64,000 nucleotides of DNA from an uncultured SAR86 cluster bacterium (GTDB taxonomy: Bacteria; Pseudomonadota; Gammaproteobacteria; Magnimaribacterales; AG-339-G14). Numbering within the stretch: the first letter of the stretch is position 1; each line of letters starts with the position of its first letter. Shown piece by piece: positions 33,413-45,636 of the stretch. The notes beneath the pieces were generated by a model. The model searched no databases and had not been told where the DNA came from. It was given only the letters and a program-made list of their open reading frames with translations. Both the position numbers and the translations under genes were made by a program. The stretch lies in the NCBI GenBank assembly GCA_902632605.1, contig CACPDB010000002.1, positions 99,306 through 163,305 on the forward strand, written 5' to 3'.

Positions 33413-33948
33413 TGTCAGAAGTAAGAACACAATCTAGACCCTATGCTGAAGCAGCTTTTGAGGTTGCCTTAGCGGACGACACTCTAGACGCGTGGACAGA
33501 AGATTTTTCGTTGATAGAACTTGCTCTTGAGGATCAAAAAATATCTCAACTAGTAGACACACCAAGCATTTCACAAAACGAAAAAACAAATATTTTTTGT
33601 GATTTATTCAGAGACGAAGTTCAAGATAAATTTGTAAATTTTCTTTCTGTTGCGGGAAGCGCAAACAGGTTAAGGCTTTTGACCGACATCAGCAAAAACT
33701 TCAAGGAACTGGTTGCTAAAGAAAAAAATCTTAAAAACATAACGGTTGCTTCTTCATACAGAATTGATAAAGAACAATTGAAACATATTGAAGCAGCATT
33801 AAAGAAAAGAATGAAAGCCGAAGTAAGCATTGTCACAGAAATAGACAAAAGCCTTATCGGCGGTCTAAAAATTTCTTATGACGATCAAGTAATTGATTTG
33901 TCGATAAAAAACAAACTAGAAAAGTTGAAAACTCAACTTAGAACTTAA
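33412..33948 (+). CDS. atpH: ATP synthase subunit delta
   Basis: [18 protein letters not shown]. Confidence 0.95.
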   Translation: MSEVRTQSRPYAEAAFEVALADDTLDAWTEDFSLIELALEDQKISQLVDTPSISQNEKTNIFCDLFRDEVQDKFVNFLSVAGSANRLRLLTDISKNFKELVAKEKNLKNITVASSYRIDKEQLKHIEAALKKRMKAEVSIVTEIDKSLIGGLKISYDDQVIDLSIKNKLEKLKTQLRT

Positions 33949-33958
33949 GAGGTTACAA

Positions 33959-35503
33959 ATGGAAGATTTAAACCCATCAGAAATTAGCAAGATTATAAAA
34001 GACCGAATTAATAAATTGGATGTGTCTGCTGAAGAATCGAATGAGGGCACTATTGTATTTCTTGCCGATGGAATTGCCAGAGTTCATGGTCTCAGTGAAG
34101 CTATGTATGGTGAGCTAATCGAATTCACCGGCGGTGTATTTGGCATGGCGCTGAACTTGGAGCGCGACTCTGTAGGAGTCGTAATTTTTGGTGATTACAA
34201 ACTGCTTTCCGAAGGAGATACCGCAAAATGTACTGGCAGAATTCTAGAAGTTCCGGTCGGCGATGAGCTTGTCGGCAGAGTAGTAGATGCGCTAGGAAAT
34301 CCAATCGATGGTAAGGGCGATATTGGCTCCAAGTTAACTTCGCCGGTTGAGAAAGTTGCTCCAGGGGTAATGTTTAGAAAGCCAGTTGATCAGCCAGTTC
34401 AAATCGGACTGAAAGCGGTAGATAGCATGGTGCCTATTGGGCGAGGCCAAAGAGAGCTGATTATTGGCGACAGACAGACAGGAAAAACCGCTATCGCCAT
34501 TGACGCGATAATAAATCAAAAAGGCAAGAACATGACTTGCATCTATGTGGCAATTGGGCAGAAACAATCCTCAATAGCCGCAACAGTAAGAAAGCTAGAA
34601 GAATTTGGCGCAATGGACCACACCATTGTTGTAGCTGCGGCATCAGCAGACCCAGCTCCAATGCAATTCTTGGCTCCGTATTCTGCCTGCTCAATGGGAG
34701 AGTATTTTAGAGACAAAGGTGAAGATGCTTTGATCATTTATGACGATTTATCAAAACAAGCTGTTGCTTACAGACAAATTTCATTGCTGTTAAAAAGACC
34801 TCCAGGAAGAGAGGCATATCCGGGCGATATTTTCTATCTTCACTCAAGATTGCTCGAAAGAGCTTCGCGAGTCAACGAAGAATACGTTGAACAAGAAACC
34901 GGCGGAAAAGTAAAAGGTAAAACGGGCTCTTTGACTGCGCTTCCTATTATTGAAACTCAAGCAGGGGACGTATCGGCCTTCGTACCCACGAATGTGATCT
35001 CAATTACTGATGGACAAATCTTCTTGGACACTTCTTATTTCAACAAGGGTATTTTGCCTGCTATGGACCCAGGAATTTCGGTATCCAGGGTAGGTGGGGC
35101 AGCTCAACTTCCATCGATTAGAAAACTTGGTGGAGGAGTAAGGATAGCTTTGGCCCAATTTAGAGAGCTTGAAGCATTTGCGCAATTTGCCTCAGACTTG
35201 GATGACGCTTCTCGAGAGCAGCTGGAACAAGGACAAAAAGTAACCGAAGTTATGAAACAAAAACAGTATTCACCAATGTCAGTTGGAGAAATGTCTGTAA
35301 TGCTTTTTGCCGTTAACGAGGGTTATATGAAAGATGTAGAGCTCAACAAAGTAGCTGATTTTGAATCTGCCTTGTTATCTTTCATGGCTTCTGAATACAA
35401 GGAACTTATGGCCAACTTAGATGAAACCGGAGAATATTCCGATGAAGTACTAACTAGTTTCAAAGAAGCATTGGAAAAATTCAAATCAACACAAACTTGG
35501 TAG
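33959..35503 (+). CDS. atpA: ATP synthase subunit alpha
   Basis: [23 protein letters not shown]. Confidence 0.98.
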   Translation: MEDLNPSEISKIIKDRINKLDVSAEESNEGTIVFLADGIARVHGLSEAMYGELIEFTGGVFGMALNLERDSVGVVIFGDYKLLSEGDTAKCTGRILEVPVGDELVGRVVDALGNPIDGKGDIGSKLTSPVEKVAPGVMFRKPVDQPVQIGLKAVDSMVPIGRGQRELIIGDRQTGKTAIAIDAIINQKGKNMTCIYVAIGQKQSSIAATVRKLEEFGAMDHTIVVAAASADPAPMQFLAPYSACSMGEYFRDKGEDALIIYDDLSKQAVAYRQISLLLKRPPGREAYPGDIFYLHSRLLERASRVNEEYVEQETGGKVKGKTGSLTALPIIETQAGDVSAFVPTNVISITDGQIFLDTSYFNKGILPAMDPGISVSRVGGAAQLPSIRKLGGGVRIALAQFRELEAFAQFASDLDDASREQLEQGQKVTEVMKQKQYSPMSVGEMSVMLFAVNEGYMKDVELNKVADFESALLSFMASEYKELMANLDETGEYSDEVLTSFKEALEKFKSTQTW

Positions 35504-35504
35504 C

Positions 35505-36365
35505 ATGGCAAATACAAAAGAAATAAGAAAACAAATTTCCAGTATTTCGAATACGCAAAAAATTACGAGCGCCATGGAAATGGTCGCTTCGAGTAAGATG
35601 CGTAAAACTCAAGACAGAATGGAAATGGGCAGACCCTATGCAGATCGTATGCTCTCCGTTATTGGGCATTTGGCTAATTCAAATCCAGAATATAAGCCTT
35701 TGTATATGACAGAAAGAGAAGTCAAGAATATCGGCATCATTGTTGTAAGTTCTGACAAGGGCTTGTGTGGTGGGCTAAACATAAACTTGTTTAGAAGTCT
35801 GGTTGGCTTTTTAAAAGAACAAGCCGATCAAGGCATTGGACAACAGTTTTGTTCGGTTGGCACCAAGGCAAAGGTATTTTTTAACTCTTACGGCGGCAAC
35901 GTCGTTGCGGTTGCTGAAAAGCTTGGAGATGTCCCAGCTTTAGAGGATTTGATTGGCTCGATAAAAATCTTGCTGGAAAAATTTGAAGCAGGAGAAATTG
36001 ATAAGGTTTATTTAGCTAGCAATAAGTTTGAAAACACGATGACGCAACAGCCAGAAATCAAACAGCTGCTCCCGCTTTTAGCTGAAGATACTCCTGAACT
36101 CAAACACAGATGGGATTACATCTATGAGCCAGATGCAAAAGAATTGTTAGACGGTTTAATGCAGCGTTATATTGAATCTTTGGTCTATCAAGCCGTGATT
36201 GAAAATATAGCATGTGAGCAAGCGGCAAAAATGATTGCGATGAAAAATGCTACCGAAAATGCCGGAACCCTCATCGACGAACTACAACTTATTTACAACA
36301 ATGCCAGACAAGCGGCAATTACTCAGGAGCTTTCTGAAATTGTCGGCGGAGCTGCAGCACTTTAA
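35505..36365 (+). CDS. atpG: ATP synthase subunit gamma
   Basis: [29 protein letters not shown]. Confidence 0.97.
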   Translation: MANTKEIRKQISSISNTQKITSAMEMVASSKMRKTQDRMEMGRPYADRMLSVIGHLANSNPEYKPLYMTEREVKNIGIIVVSSDKGLCGGLNINLFRSLVGFLKEQADQGIGQQFCSVGTKAKVFFNSYGGNVVAVAEKLGDVPALEDLIGSIKILLEKFEAGEIDKVYLASNKFENTMTQQPEIKQLLPLLAEDTPELKHRWDYIYEPDAKELLDGLMQRYIESLVYQAVIENIACEQAAKMIAMKNATENAGTLIDELQLIYNNARQAAITQELSEIVGGAAAL

Positions 36366-36375
36366 AAATTATTGA

Positions 36376-37761
<1,386 letters not shown>

Positions 37762-37763
37762 GC

Positions 37764-38177
37764 ATGTCGACAATTCTTTGCAACATCGTAAGTGCTGAGT
37801 CCGAAATTTTTTCTGGCCAGGTTGAAATGGTGGTTGCTACTGGAACTTTAGGCGAACTCGGCATAACACCAGGACACTCACAACTTCTTACAGGTATCAA
37901 AGCGGGTCCGGTGAAGGTAATTCTAGAAGGTGGCGAAGAAAAAGTGTTTTTTTTGTCCGGTGGATTCATTGAAGTTCAGCCAGATGCAGTAACCTTGCTT
38001 TCTGACGTTGCAGAAAGAGCGGAAGATATTGATGAGGCGGAGGCCGAGCGAGCCAGAGAGTTGGCAGAAAGGGCAAGAGATAATGCCAATTCGGATGTAG
38101 ATTTTTCCAAAGCCAAAGCTGAACTTGCTGAAGTTGCTGCGAGATTGCAAACGCTTCGCAAAATGCGAAAGAAATAG
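37764..38177 (+). CDS. atpC: ATP synthase subunit epsilon
   Basis: IVSAE, GELGITPGH, SGGFIEVQP. Confidence 0.95.
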   Translation: MSTILCNIVSAESEIFSGQVEMVVATGTLGELGITPGHSQLLTGIKAGPVKVILEGGEEKVFFLSGGFIEVQPDAVTLLSDVAERAEDIDEAEAERARELAERARDNANSDVDFSKAKAELAEVAARLQTLRKMRKK

Positions 38178-38224
38178 TCAAAAGCCCCTTAAAAATTTAG
38201 AATACGCTCTAACCTGGGCTGTTC

Positions 38225-39571
38225 ATGAAAATCGACGCAATTATTTTAGCTGCTGGTAAAGGCAAGAGAATGCAATCTGCTTCGCCAAAAGTATTGCAAC
38301 AAGTTGCTGGCAAAGCATTGCTGCAGCATGTTTTAGATACTTCTCTCGAATTAAAAAGTTGTCAGCCTCACATTGTTGTTGGCGACCAAGCCGCTTTGGT
38401 AAAAGCTTCTATATCTGCTCCTAAAAACAGCAAATGGTCCAAACAAACAAAACAATTGGGCACAGGACATGCGGTAAAACAATCTTTGAAAGGCTTAAGA
38501 GCTGGGTCGATAGCGCTTATTCTTTATGGCGATGTTCCGTTAGTGAAAAGCTCTACTATGAATGACTTAGTTAAGGTAGCTGGAAAAAGCAGTCTTGCCT
38601 TACTTTCATTTGAGCAACAAACGCCAAAAGGCTATGGCAGAATCATTAGAAGCCATGGGGGCAAGGTGCTTGGGATTGTTGAAGAGAAAGATGCAACGAC
38701 AGAGCAAAAGAAAATCACTGAAGTAAATTCCGGAATTATGGCAGTTGCTTCTAATAAGCTTAAAGAGCTTCTTAAGGGCTTGAACAATAAAAATGCTGCA
38801 AAAGAATATTATTTAACCGATATTGTAAGTCTGGCAAATGAGAACAAAATACCAGTAAAAGCTGTCAAACTTAATAGTAAGGAGGAAGTTTTGGGAGCAA
38901 ACAATCTAGAGGAGCTAAATCAGCTTGAGCGAAACTATCAAATGTCGAAAGCCAAGGAGTTATTAAAAAAAGGAGTCATTATCTCCGATCCGTCTAGAGT
39001 GGATTTCAGGGGAGAAGTCAAAATTCAAAAAGGCAGTAGTATCGACATCAACTGTATGTTTGAAGGAAAAGTCGAAATTGGAAAAAACGTCATCATTGGT
39101 CCTGGCGCTATCATAAGAAATTCTAAGATAGGAGATGGCTCAAAGATTGAGCCCTACACTCTTATTGAAAATGCAATATTAGAAAAAAATGTCACTGCCG
39201 GCCCATATGCGCATATCGGACCCGATGCTCATCTTGAAGAAAACTCCGAGATTGGAAATTTTGTTGAAGTAAAACGCAGCAAAATCGGCAAAGGTACAAA
39301 AGCTAAGCACTTAGCTTACATTGGCGATGGTCAAGTTGCAGAAAAAGTAAATGTAGGGGCGGGGACTATTTTTGTTAACTATGATGGCAAAAATAAAAAC
39401 AAAACCAAAGTGGGTAAAGGCGCTTTTATTGGCTCAAATAGCTCGTTAATAGCTCCTATAAGAATTGGTCAAAACAGTATGATTGGTGCCGGATCGGTCG
39501 TAACGAGTGATGTTCCAGCAGAAAGGCTGGCTTTGGGCAGGTCAAGACAAAGGAACATAAAGAAAAAATAA
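38225..39571 (+). CDS. glmU: Bifunctional UDP-GlcNAc pyrophosphorylase / GlcN-1-P acetyltransferase
   Basis: LAAGKGKRM, QLGTGHAV, YGDVP, hexapeptide repeats, NYDG. Confidence 0.96.
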   Translation: MKIDAIILAAGKGKRMQSASPKVLQQVAGKALLQHVLDTSLELKSCQPHIVVGDQAALVKASISAPKNSKWSKQTKQLGTGHAVKQSLKGLRAGSIALILYGDVPLVKSSTMNDLVKVAGKSSLALLSFEQQTPKGYGRIIRSHGGKVLGIVEEKDATTEQKKITEVNSGIMAVASNKLKELLKGLNNKNAAKEYYLTDIVSLANENKIPVKAVKLNSKEEVLGANNLEELNQLERNYQMSKAKELLKKGVIISDPSRVDFRGEVKIQKGSSIDINCMFEGKVEIGKNVIIGPGAIIRNSKIGDGSKIEPYTLIENAILEKNVTAGPYAHIGPDAHLEENSEIGNFVEVKRSKIGKGTKAKHLAYIGDGQVAEKVNVGAGTIFVNYDGKNKNKTKVGKGAFIGSNSSLIAPIRIGQNSMIGAGSVVTSDVPAERLALGRSRQRNIKKK

Positions 39572-41397
39572 TGTGCGGAATAATTGCGGCAGCTACAGAA
39601 AAAAGTGTTGGTAAGCTTTTAGTACAGGGTCTCTATAAGATGGAATATCGTGGTTATGACTCTGCGGGACTGGCTTTGCATCAAATAGACGATATTGCAC
39701 ATCTCAGATCTTTGGGCAAAGTCAAAAAGCTTGAATCCAAAATGGTTAAAGAAAAACCTAAGGGTAAAATTGGCATTGCTCATACTAGGTGGGCCACTCA
39801 TGGCAAGCCTTCAGAAGAAAATGCCCACCCACATGTTTCTAATAACAGAGTGTTCATCGTGCACAACGGTATCATTGAAAATTACGTAACCCTGAAAGAA
39901 CAGCTTGTAAAAAAAGGCTACCAATTCGATTCCCAAACCGACTCTGAATTAATCGCTCACCAACTTGATTTTTTCTTGGATCAAGGAAGTGAAATGTTAG
40001 AAGCTATGTCTCTCCTGAAAGAAAAGCTAGAAGGCGCTTACGCAGTTGCTGCCATAGATTTAAAAAAAGAATCGCATTTTTATTTGATTCGAAACAAATC
40101 CCCCTTGCTTTTGGGTAAATCCGACTCGGGCATGTTTGCCGCATCTGATCCTTTGGCACTTGCAGATCTCACTAATGAATTTGTTTTTTTAGAAGATGGA
40201 GATGTTGCTGAGGTATCTGCAAAAGAGTATAAGATTTTAGATAAAAACCAAAAAAGGGCCATTAGAAAAATTACCACTATCGATGTCTCAAGCGAGGCCA
40301 TGGGTAAAAACGGCTATCGCCACTTCATGGAAAAGGAAATTTATGAGCAGCCAACTGCAATCTTAAATACTTTAGACGGCAGGATTGGGGGCGAAGATGT
40401 GCTAGAAAATATTTTTGGGGAAGGCTCTAACGAATTACTCTCCAAAGTAGAAAGAATTCAAATCGTAGCAGCAGGCACAAGTCTGCATGCAGGCAGAGTA
40501 GCAGCCAATTGGTTTTCAGCAATTGCGAATCTTCCAACGCAAATAGATTATGCAAGTGAATACCGCTACAAAAATCCATACGTGGATAAAAACACTTTGT
40601 TATTAACCATCTCTCAATCAGGAGAGACTGCGGATACCTTAGGAGCCTTGAGATATGCCAAGGAAAGAAACTATTTGGGCTCTCTTACCATTTGCAACGT
40701 TCCTACAAGCTCTCTTGCAAGAGAATCTGATTTTGTTCTTTTAACCAATGCAGGTCCTGAAATAGGTGTTGCCTCCACCAAAGCTTTTACGACGCAACTA
40801 ACTGCCTTGATGTTACTAACTTTGTCATTGGCAAAAGCAAGAAATCTTAATCCAAGATTAAGAGGGAGAGTCGTTGGTGCTTTGCGAGCTTTGCCTGAGA
40901 AGATAGCTAAGTCGCTGGAGTTAAAACCCAAGATCATAAAAATCGCCAAAGAAATAGCTAAAAAAGACAACGCTTTATTTCTAGGGAGGGGTATTTTTTA
41001 TCCAATAGCGAAAGAAGGTTCTTTAAAACTCAAAGAAATTTCTTATATTCATGCCGAAGCATATCCTGCTGGAGAGCTCAAACACGGACCCCTTGCTCTA
41101 ATTGATAAGAATATGCCCGTTATTGCCTTGGCGCCTGAAAATGAATTAGCAGAAAAATTGATTTCCAATTTAGAGGAAGTAAAAGCAAGAGGCGGCAAAT
41201 TGTTTGTCGTAGGAAATGCTGCAGGCAATATGAAATTGAAGGCAAAGAATCTGATCAACCTTCCAGAATGCGATTTCTTACTTACACCGATTCTGTACAC
41301 AGTCCCATTACAGATTCTTTCTTACGAAGTAGCCTTGCTCAGAGGCACTGACATCGATCAGCCAAGAAATTTAGCCAAGTCTGTGACGGTGGAGTAA
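39571..41397 (+). CDS. glmS: Glutamine--fructose-6-phosphate aminotransferase
   Basis: MCGI, HTRWATHG, SQSGETAD, ELKHGP, PRNLAKSVTVE. Confidence 0.98.
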   Translation: MCGIIAAATEKSVGKLLVQGLYKMEYRGYDSAGLALHQIDDIAHLRSLGKVKKLESKMVKEKPKGKIGIAHTRWATHGKPSEENAHPHVSNNRVFIVHNGIIENYVTLKEQLVKKGYQFDSQTDSELIAHQLDFFLDQGSEMLEAMSLLKEKLEGAYAVAAIDLKKESHFYLIRNKSPLLLGKSDSGMFAASDPLALADLTNEFVFLEDGDVAEVSAKEYKILDKNQKRAIRKITTIDVSSEAMGKNGYRHFMEKEIYEQPTAILNTLDGRIGGEDVLENIFGEGSNELLSKVERIQIVAAGTSLHAGRVAANWFSAIANLPTQIDYASEYRYKNPYVDKNTLLLTISQSGETADTLGALRYAKERNYLGSLTICNVPTSSLARESDFVLLTNAGPEIGVASTKAFTTQLTALMLLTLSLAKARNLNPRLRGRVVGALRALPEKIAKSLELKPKIIKIAKEIAKKDNALFLGRGIFYPIAKEGSLKLKEISYIHAEAYPAGELKHGPLALIDKNMPVIALAPENELAEKLISNLEEVKARGGKLFVVGNAAGNMKLKAKNLINLPECDFLLTPILYTVPLQILSYEVALLRGTDIDQPRNLAKSVTVE

Positions 41398-41406
41398 TTC
41401 AGAACA

Positions 41407-41850
41407 GTGATTTATGAAGACTTCCTTACTCTGAAAGGAAAAGACTTTAAAGGAAGAACACTCGAAGACATTTGGTCTTTTTCAGATAAAGAAATAGAGG
41501 AAAATCATGATTTTATTCAAATAGTTTTTCCACTGAATAAACCAAGTCAATCTGTATTTCATGGATATTATCTCGACAGTCAAGATATTGTTGATCAAAT
41601 TAAAAACAATAAAGAAGCAACAAATAATATTATTAAGTCCTCTCAATGGTTCTTTTCTTTTTTAGAGAGAAATATGTATTGGAATAATCAACATGATCAC
41701 AATCAGTTGAGAATTACCAGAGTTATAGAGTGTCTAAGATTGTTAGTCTCCGACGAAGAAGCAGATAATTTTTATAATAATGTTTTAGGATTAATTAAGG
41801 ATAATAATCAAGTAAATATGAGAACATTAAATTTTTGGAAAAATGCTTAA
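41407..41850 (+). CDS. Opioid growth factor receptor (OGFr) N-terminal-like domain protein
   Basis: GKDFKGRTLEDI, EENHDFIQIVFP, DHNQLRITRVIECL, TLNFWKNA match my recollection of the OGFr conserved region; GTG start. Confidence 0.75.
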   Translation: MIYEDFLTLKGKDFKGRTLEDIWSFSDKEIEENHDFIQIVFPLNKPSQSVFHGYYLDSQDIVDQIKNNKEATNNIIKSSQWFFSFLERNMYWNNQHDHNQLRITRVIECLRLLVSDEEADNFYNNVLGLIKDNNQVNMRTLNFWKNA

Positions 41851-41922
41851 TAATAATCACTGTTCCAAAACAATCAGTGACAGCAGAGTGGAAGGAAACA
41901 TTAATTTAAAAGGAGAAAAATA

Positions 41923-42291
41923 TTGGCAATATGGCAATTGATAATATTAGTTATTTTTTCACCCTTAATAATTGGCAGTCTGGTTTTAGGGTGGCAAAAG
42001 AAAATAAATGTAAAACACAATGAGTCAGGCATCCAGAAAAACTGTTTTGTAGGATATTCTTGGACTTATTTTTTCTTTGGTTTTTTTGTTCCTATTTTTA
42101 GGGGAGAAATATCAATTGGTGTATTTCATTTAATTTTCTCTTTGGTCACTTTTGGTATTTTTCAATTGATAATGCCTTTTTTATATAACAAGCAATATTC
42201 AACTAGGCTTTTAAATAACTCATGGTCATTAAACGATACTGAAGAAAACAATGCGATAGCAAGACAAAAAATTGGAATTGCAACTGATTAA
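41923..42291 (+). CDS. Small membrane protein, HrgC/DUF2628-like
   Basis: AGGAGA SD; GYSWTYFFFGFFVPIFRG and YNKQY. Confidence 0.65.
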   Translation: MAIWQLIILVIFSPLIIGSLVLGWQKKINVKHNESGIQKNCFVGYSWTYFFFGFFVPIFRGEISIGVFHLIFSLVTFGIFQLIMPFLYNKQYSTRLLNNSWSLNDTEENNAIARQKIGIATD

Positions 42292-42400
42292 AAGAAAGTT
42301 TTAATTTTAAGGGAGATACTATTGAAAGCGGTTTATCCCAAATAGACAAAAAAACAACAATAATTAATAAATATATTTAAAAAGAATTAATCGACAGCAT

Positions 42401-43912
42401 ATGAAAGCATCTCTATATAAATTTTCTATCTTTACTATTTTTATTGGCTTTGTTTTGGCTTCTCAAATTTATGCAAACGAATTTAAAGTTGGGTTTGCTG
42501 AGCTTTCAATTACCCCCGAGCTAATTGATGAATGGGAAGACGTAAATAACGATGCTCAATTTGATTCAGATATTGATAGATGGACTGATGTGAACGGCAA
42601 CAACCAATTTGATGCTGTGTGGATGGCAGGGTTTCAAAATAAACGAGCTGCTCAAGGAGTTAAAGACGACCTCATGGCGGTAACTTCGGTGATTGACGAT
42701 GGCCAGACTCGGATAGCAATAATTAGCGCTGACACTATTGGGCTAATGCGAAAATTTGTACTTAGTGTGCGAGAGGATGTTCCTGAAGAGTGGGGACTAG
42801 ATTACATCATGGTGCATGCAACACATAATCATGAGGGTCCAGATACTCAAGGTCTTTGGGGGTCAGGTTTTTTAAAAAGCGGCGTTGATAAAGGTTATAT
42901 GGAGCAGCTCAAAACAACTTTTATACGCTCATTAAAAATGGCTATAGATAATTTGGAACCTGCAGAAATGAGTTTGGCTTTAATTCCGACTAATCCCCTC
43001 ACGCCTATCAAAGACAAACGAAAGCCAATCGTGATAGATGACGACATAAGAGCTATTTTGTTTAATCGCCCCGATGGCTCAATCATAGGTTCAATAATTA
43101 ATTTTGGAATTCATGTCGAACTAACATGGGATAAAAATTTGGAATTAACTGCTGATGTTGCAGGCTACTTAAGAAAAGGCATTAGTAAGGGTATTTATTA
43201 TAAGGATCAGCTTGTTAGAGCCGGACTTGGTGGAACCACGTTATGGCTTACAGGAAACATTGGAGGCCTGATGACATCAGGACCAACCGATCCAATTTAC
43301 GATCCTGTTTTGAAAAAAACGTTCACCAAACCAAGCCATGCTAAAGCACGTACGTATGGATATAGCTTAGCGAACAGTGTCATAGAGACTTTTCAGGCAG
43401 GAGATTTTATGGAGTCGCCGAAGCCAAAGATAACTGTCCACACGACAGAAATAGAGCTAGGTATAGAAAATTTCATGCTCTCATTAGGCACTTTGATAGG
43501 GGTGATTGATACCAATCCTAAATTCAGTCTGATGCCACCATTTATACGTTATCTCAGTGAAGTGGCATTTATACAAATAGGAGACGCATCTATTACCGGA
43601 GTTCCCGGAGAACTCTATCCAGAAATTGCTGTTGGAGGGATAGAAAATCCTGTTGGCGCCGATTACGCCATAGCGCCACAAGAAGTTCCACATTTGCGAA
43701 GTCAATTTCCAGACAAACTCAATTTGATGGTGAATTTAGCAAACGACGCTATTGGTTATATCATTCCAAAAAGCGAATGGGATGAAGAAGCTCCTTGGAT
43801 TTACGAAGAGAAAGAAGAAACTTATGGCGAGGTAGTGTCTTTGGGACCAAACACTGCAGTCATAGTTTATGAAAATCTTGTTAAGCTTATAGAAGAATCA
43901 AAAAAGAAATAA
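42401..43912 (+). CDS. Secreted neutral/alkaline ceramidase-like protein
   Basis: Signal peptide, KVGFAELSITP, WMAGF, ATHNHEGPD, PGELYPE, LANDAIGYI. Confidence 0.7.
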   Translation: MKASLYKFSIFTIFIGFVLASQIYANEFKVGFAELSITPELIDEWEDVNNDAQFDSDIDRWTDVNGNNQFDAVWMAGFQNKRAAQGVKDDLMAVTSVIDDGQTRIAIISADTIGLMRKFVLSVREDVPEEWGLDYIMVHATHNHEGPDTQGLWGSGFLKSGVDKGYMEQLKTTFIRSLKMAIDNLEPAEMSLALIPTNPLTPIKDKRKPIVIDDDIRAILFNRPDGSIIGSIINFGIHVELTWDKNLELTADVAGYLRKGISKGIYYKDQLVRAGLGGTTLWLTGNIGGLMTSGPTDPIYDPVLKKTFTKPSHAKARTYGYSLANSVIETFQAGDFMESPKPKITVHTTEIELGIENFMLSLGTLIGVIDTNPKFSLMPPFIRYLSEVAFIQIGDASITGVPGELYPEIAVGGIENPVGADYAIAPQEVPHLRSQFPDKLNLMVNLANDAIGYIIPKSEWDEEAPWIYEEKEETYGEVVSLGPNTAVIVYENLVKLIEESKKK

Positions 43913-44430
43913 TGAAGTCAAAAGTCGACATTGCTAAAGAAACGGCAGAAAAAGTTCATGGTTCTCAAACCGATAAGAAAAATTTCCCTTATATGGCACA
44001 TGTAAATGACGTTGCTAAACGGGTTCAACAATTAGGAGAAAACTATTTTATTGTGGGACTGCTTCACGATGCAATTGAAGATGCAGTTAAGCATAATGAA
44101 GGGCCAAGATTTCAAGAGGAAATCAAAAACCTTATAAAGACCACCTTTAATCAAGAAATCGTAGAAGCTATCGATGCAATGACGAAATTACCTGAAGACG
44201 ACTACTTTGAAGATTATCTTCCAAGAGTAAAAAGTAATAATATTGCCAAAGAGGTCAAAATTGCCGATTCATCTCATAATCTTTCCAAGGCACATCTTTT
44301 AGATAACGAACCCGAATTACAAGAAAAACTGAGAAATAAATACATAAAGGTTTTAAATGAATTAGGTGCTGATGGCCCTAGTTGCGAAAAACCTATAATT
44401 TTTAACAACGGCGAGTGGGCTGAAAAATGA
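43912..44430 (+). CDS. Stand-alone RelA/SpoT-type HD domain (small alarmone hydrolase-like)
   Basis: AEKVHGSQTDK, PYMAH, LLHDAIED, VKIADSSHN. Confidence 0.8.
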   Translation: MKSKVDIAKETAEKVHGSQTDKKNFPYMAHVNDVAKRVQQLGENYFIVGLLHDAIEDAVKHNEGPRFQEEIKNLIKTTFNQEIVEAIDAMTKLPEDDYFEDYLPRVKSNNIAKEVKIADSSHNLSKAHLLDNEPELQEKLRNKYIKVLNELGADGPSCEKPIIFNNGEWAEK

Positions 44431-44442
44431 AAGGAGATAAAT

Positions 44443-45621
44443 ATGAACAATGCTAAAGAATATGATTTCATAGTTTATGGAGCTACAGGCTTTACTGGAA
44501 AGTTGGTTGTTGAGTATTTGGTAGAAAAATACAGCAATGATTCTGAAGTAACTTGGGCTTTGGCAGGTCGAAATATTGAAAAACTTAAATCTGTTGCTGA
44601 GTCCATAGGGGTTCCACCAAACCTATATTCTCCTGTTCTATTAGTAGCAGATAGCAATGATGCCGCAAGCATTGAAAATTTGGTTTCAAAAACCAAATGT
44701 GTTTTAACCACTGTTGGCCCATATCAACTATATGGCGATGGTCTCATTACCGCATGTGCAAAATTTGGGACAGACTATGTTGATCTGTGTGGTGAGCCAG
44801 GTTGGATGCATGAAAAGATTAACGAACTAGGCAATATTGCAAAAGAGTCGGGTTCGAGAATAGTTTTTTCATGTGGGTTTGACAGCATTCCCTTTGATTT
44901 AGGCGTTTTATTTTTGCAAAACGAAGTTATTAAAAGACATGGAAAACCCTCTTCAAATGTAAGAGGAAGAGTCAGAGGAATGAATGGTGAATTCTCTGGT
45001 GGTACGGCAGCTTCAATGGATGCGACTATGGCAGCATTGAAAGAAAAGCCTGAGCTTTTTGGGATTCTTGCCAATCCATTTGCACTTTCGGATGGTTTTA
45101 CAGGACCAGAACAACCTGTTGACAACAAACCCATGCTTGATGAAAAGCTAGACACATGGGTGGCGCCATTTTTTATGGCACCAATTAACTCTAAGAACAT
45201 TCATAGATCCAATGCTTTGATGGATCATATGTATGGGGAGGATTTTTGTTACAACGAGATGTGGATTATGGGCCCTGGCGACGAAGGCAAAGCTGCAGCC
45301 GATGCAGTATCTTCCGCGAATCCTCTAAGCGATGCTCCGGAACCTGGCGAAGGTCCTTCAAGAGAATCCAGAGAAAATGGAAACTACGATGTCTTGTTTT
45401 GCGGTGACATAAATGAAGAAAGCGTTCATGTTTCTGTCGCTGGAGATATGGATCCCGGTTATGGCTCAACCTCAAAGATGATTGTCGAGAGCGCAATATG
45501 TTTGGTAAAAGAGTGCACTGATCTTGATGGCGGCATTTACACGCCAGCTCCTTCAATGGGAACAAAGCTCATAAAAAGGCTGCAAGACAATGCAGGACTT
45601 ACATTCAAAATAGAAAACTGA
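44443..45621 (+). CDS. Saccharopine dehydrogenase-like / trans-acting enoyl reductase family oxidoreductase
   Basis: YGATGFTG, TVGPY, YVDLCGE, CGFDSIPFD, DPGYGST. Confidence 0.88.
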   Translation: MNNAKEYDFIVYGATGFTGKLVVEYLVEKYSNDSEVTWALAGRNIEKLKSVAESIGVPPNLYSPVLLVADSNDAASIENLVSKTKCVLTTVGPYQLYGDGLITACAKFGTDYVDLCGEPGWMHEKINELGNIAKESGSRIVFSCGFDSIPFDLGVLFLQNEVIKRHGKPSSNVRGRVRGMNGEFSGGTAASMDATMAALKEKPELFGILANPFALSDGFTGPEQPVDNKPMLDEKLDTWVAPFFMAPINSKNIHRSNALMDHMYGEDFCYNEMWIMGPGDEGKAAADAVSSANPLSDAPEPGEGPSRESRENGNYDVLFCGDINEESVHVSVAGDMDPGYGSTSKMIVESAICLVKECTDLDGGIYTPAPSMGTKLIKRLQDNAGLTFKIEN

Positions 45622-45636
45622 GGAAATGTTTAGGAA

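Noticed and set aside
41362-41430. Tn7 insertion at attTn7 (glmS 3' end PRNLAKSVTVE)
   Set aside because: No Tn7 ends, tns genes or target duplication seen; the expected insertion point falls inside the next ORF.
41851-41922. TCACTG-N12-CAGTGA hairpin as an integron attC site
   Set aside because: No RYYYAAC/GTTRRRY core sites, no repeat at other gene boundaries and no integrase.
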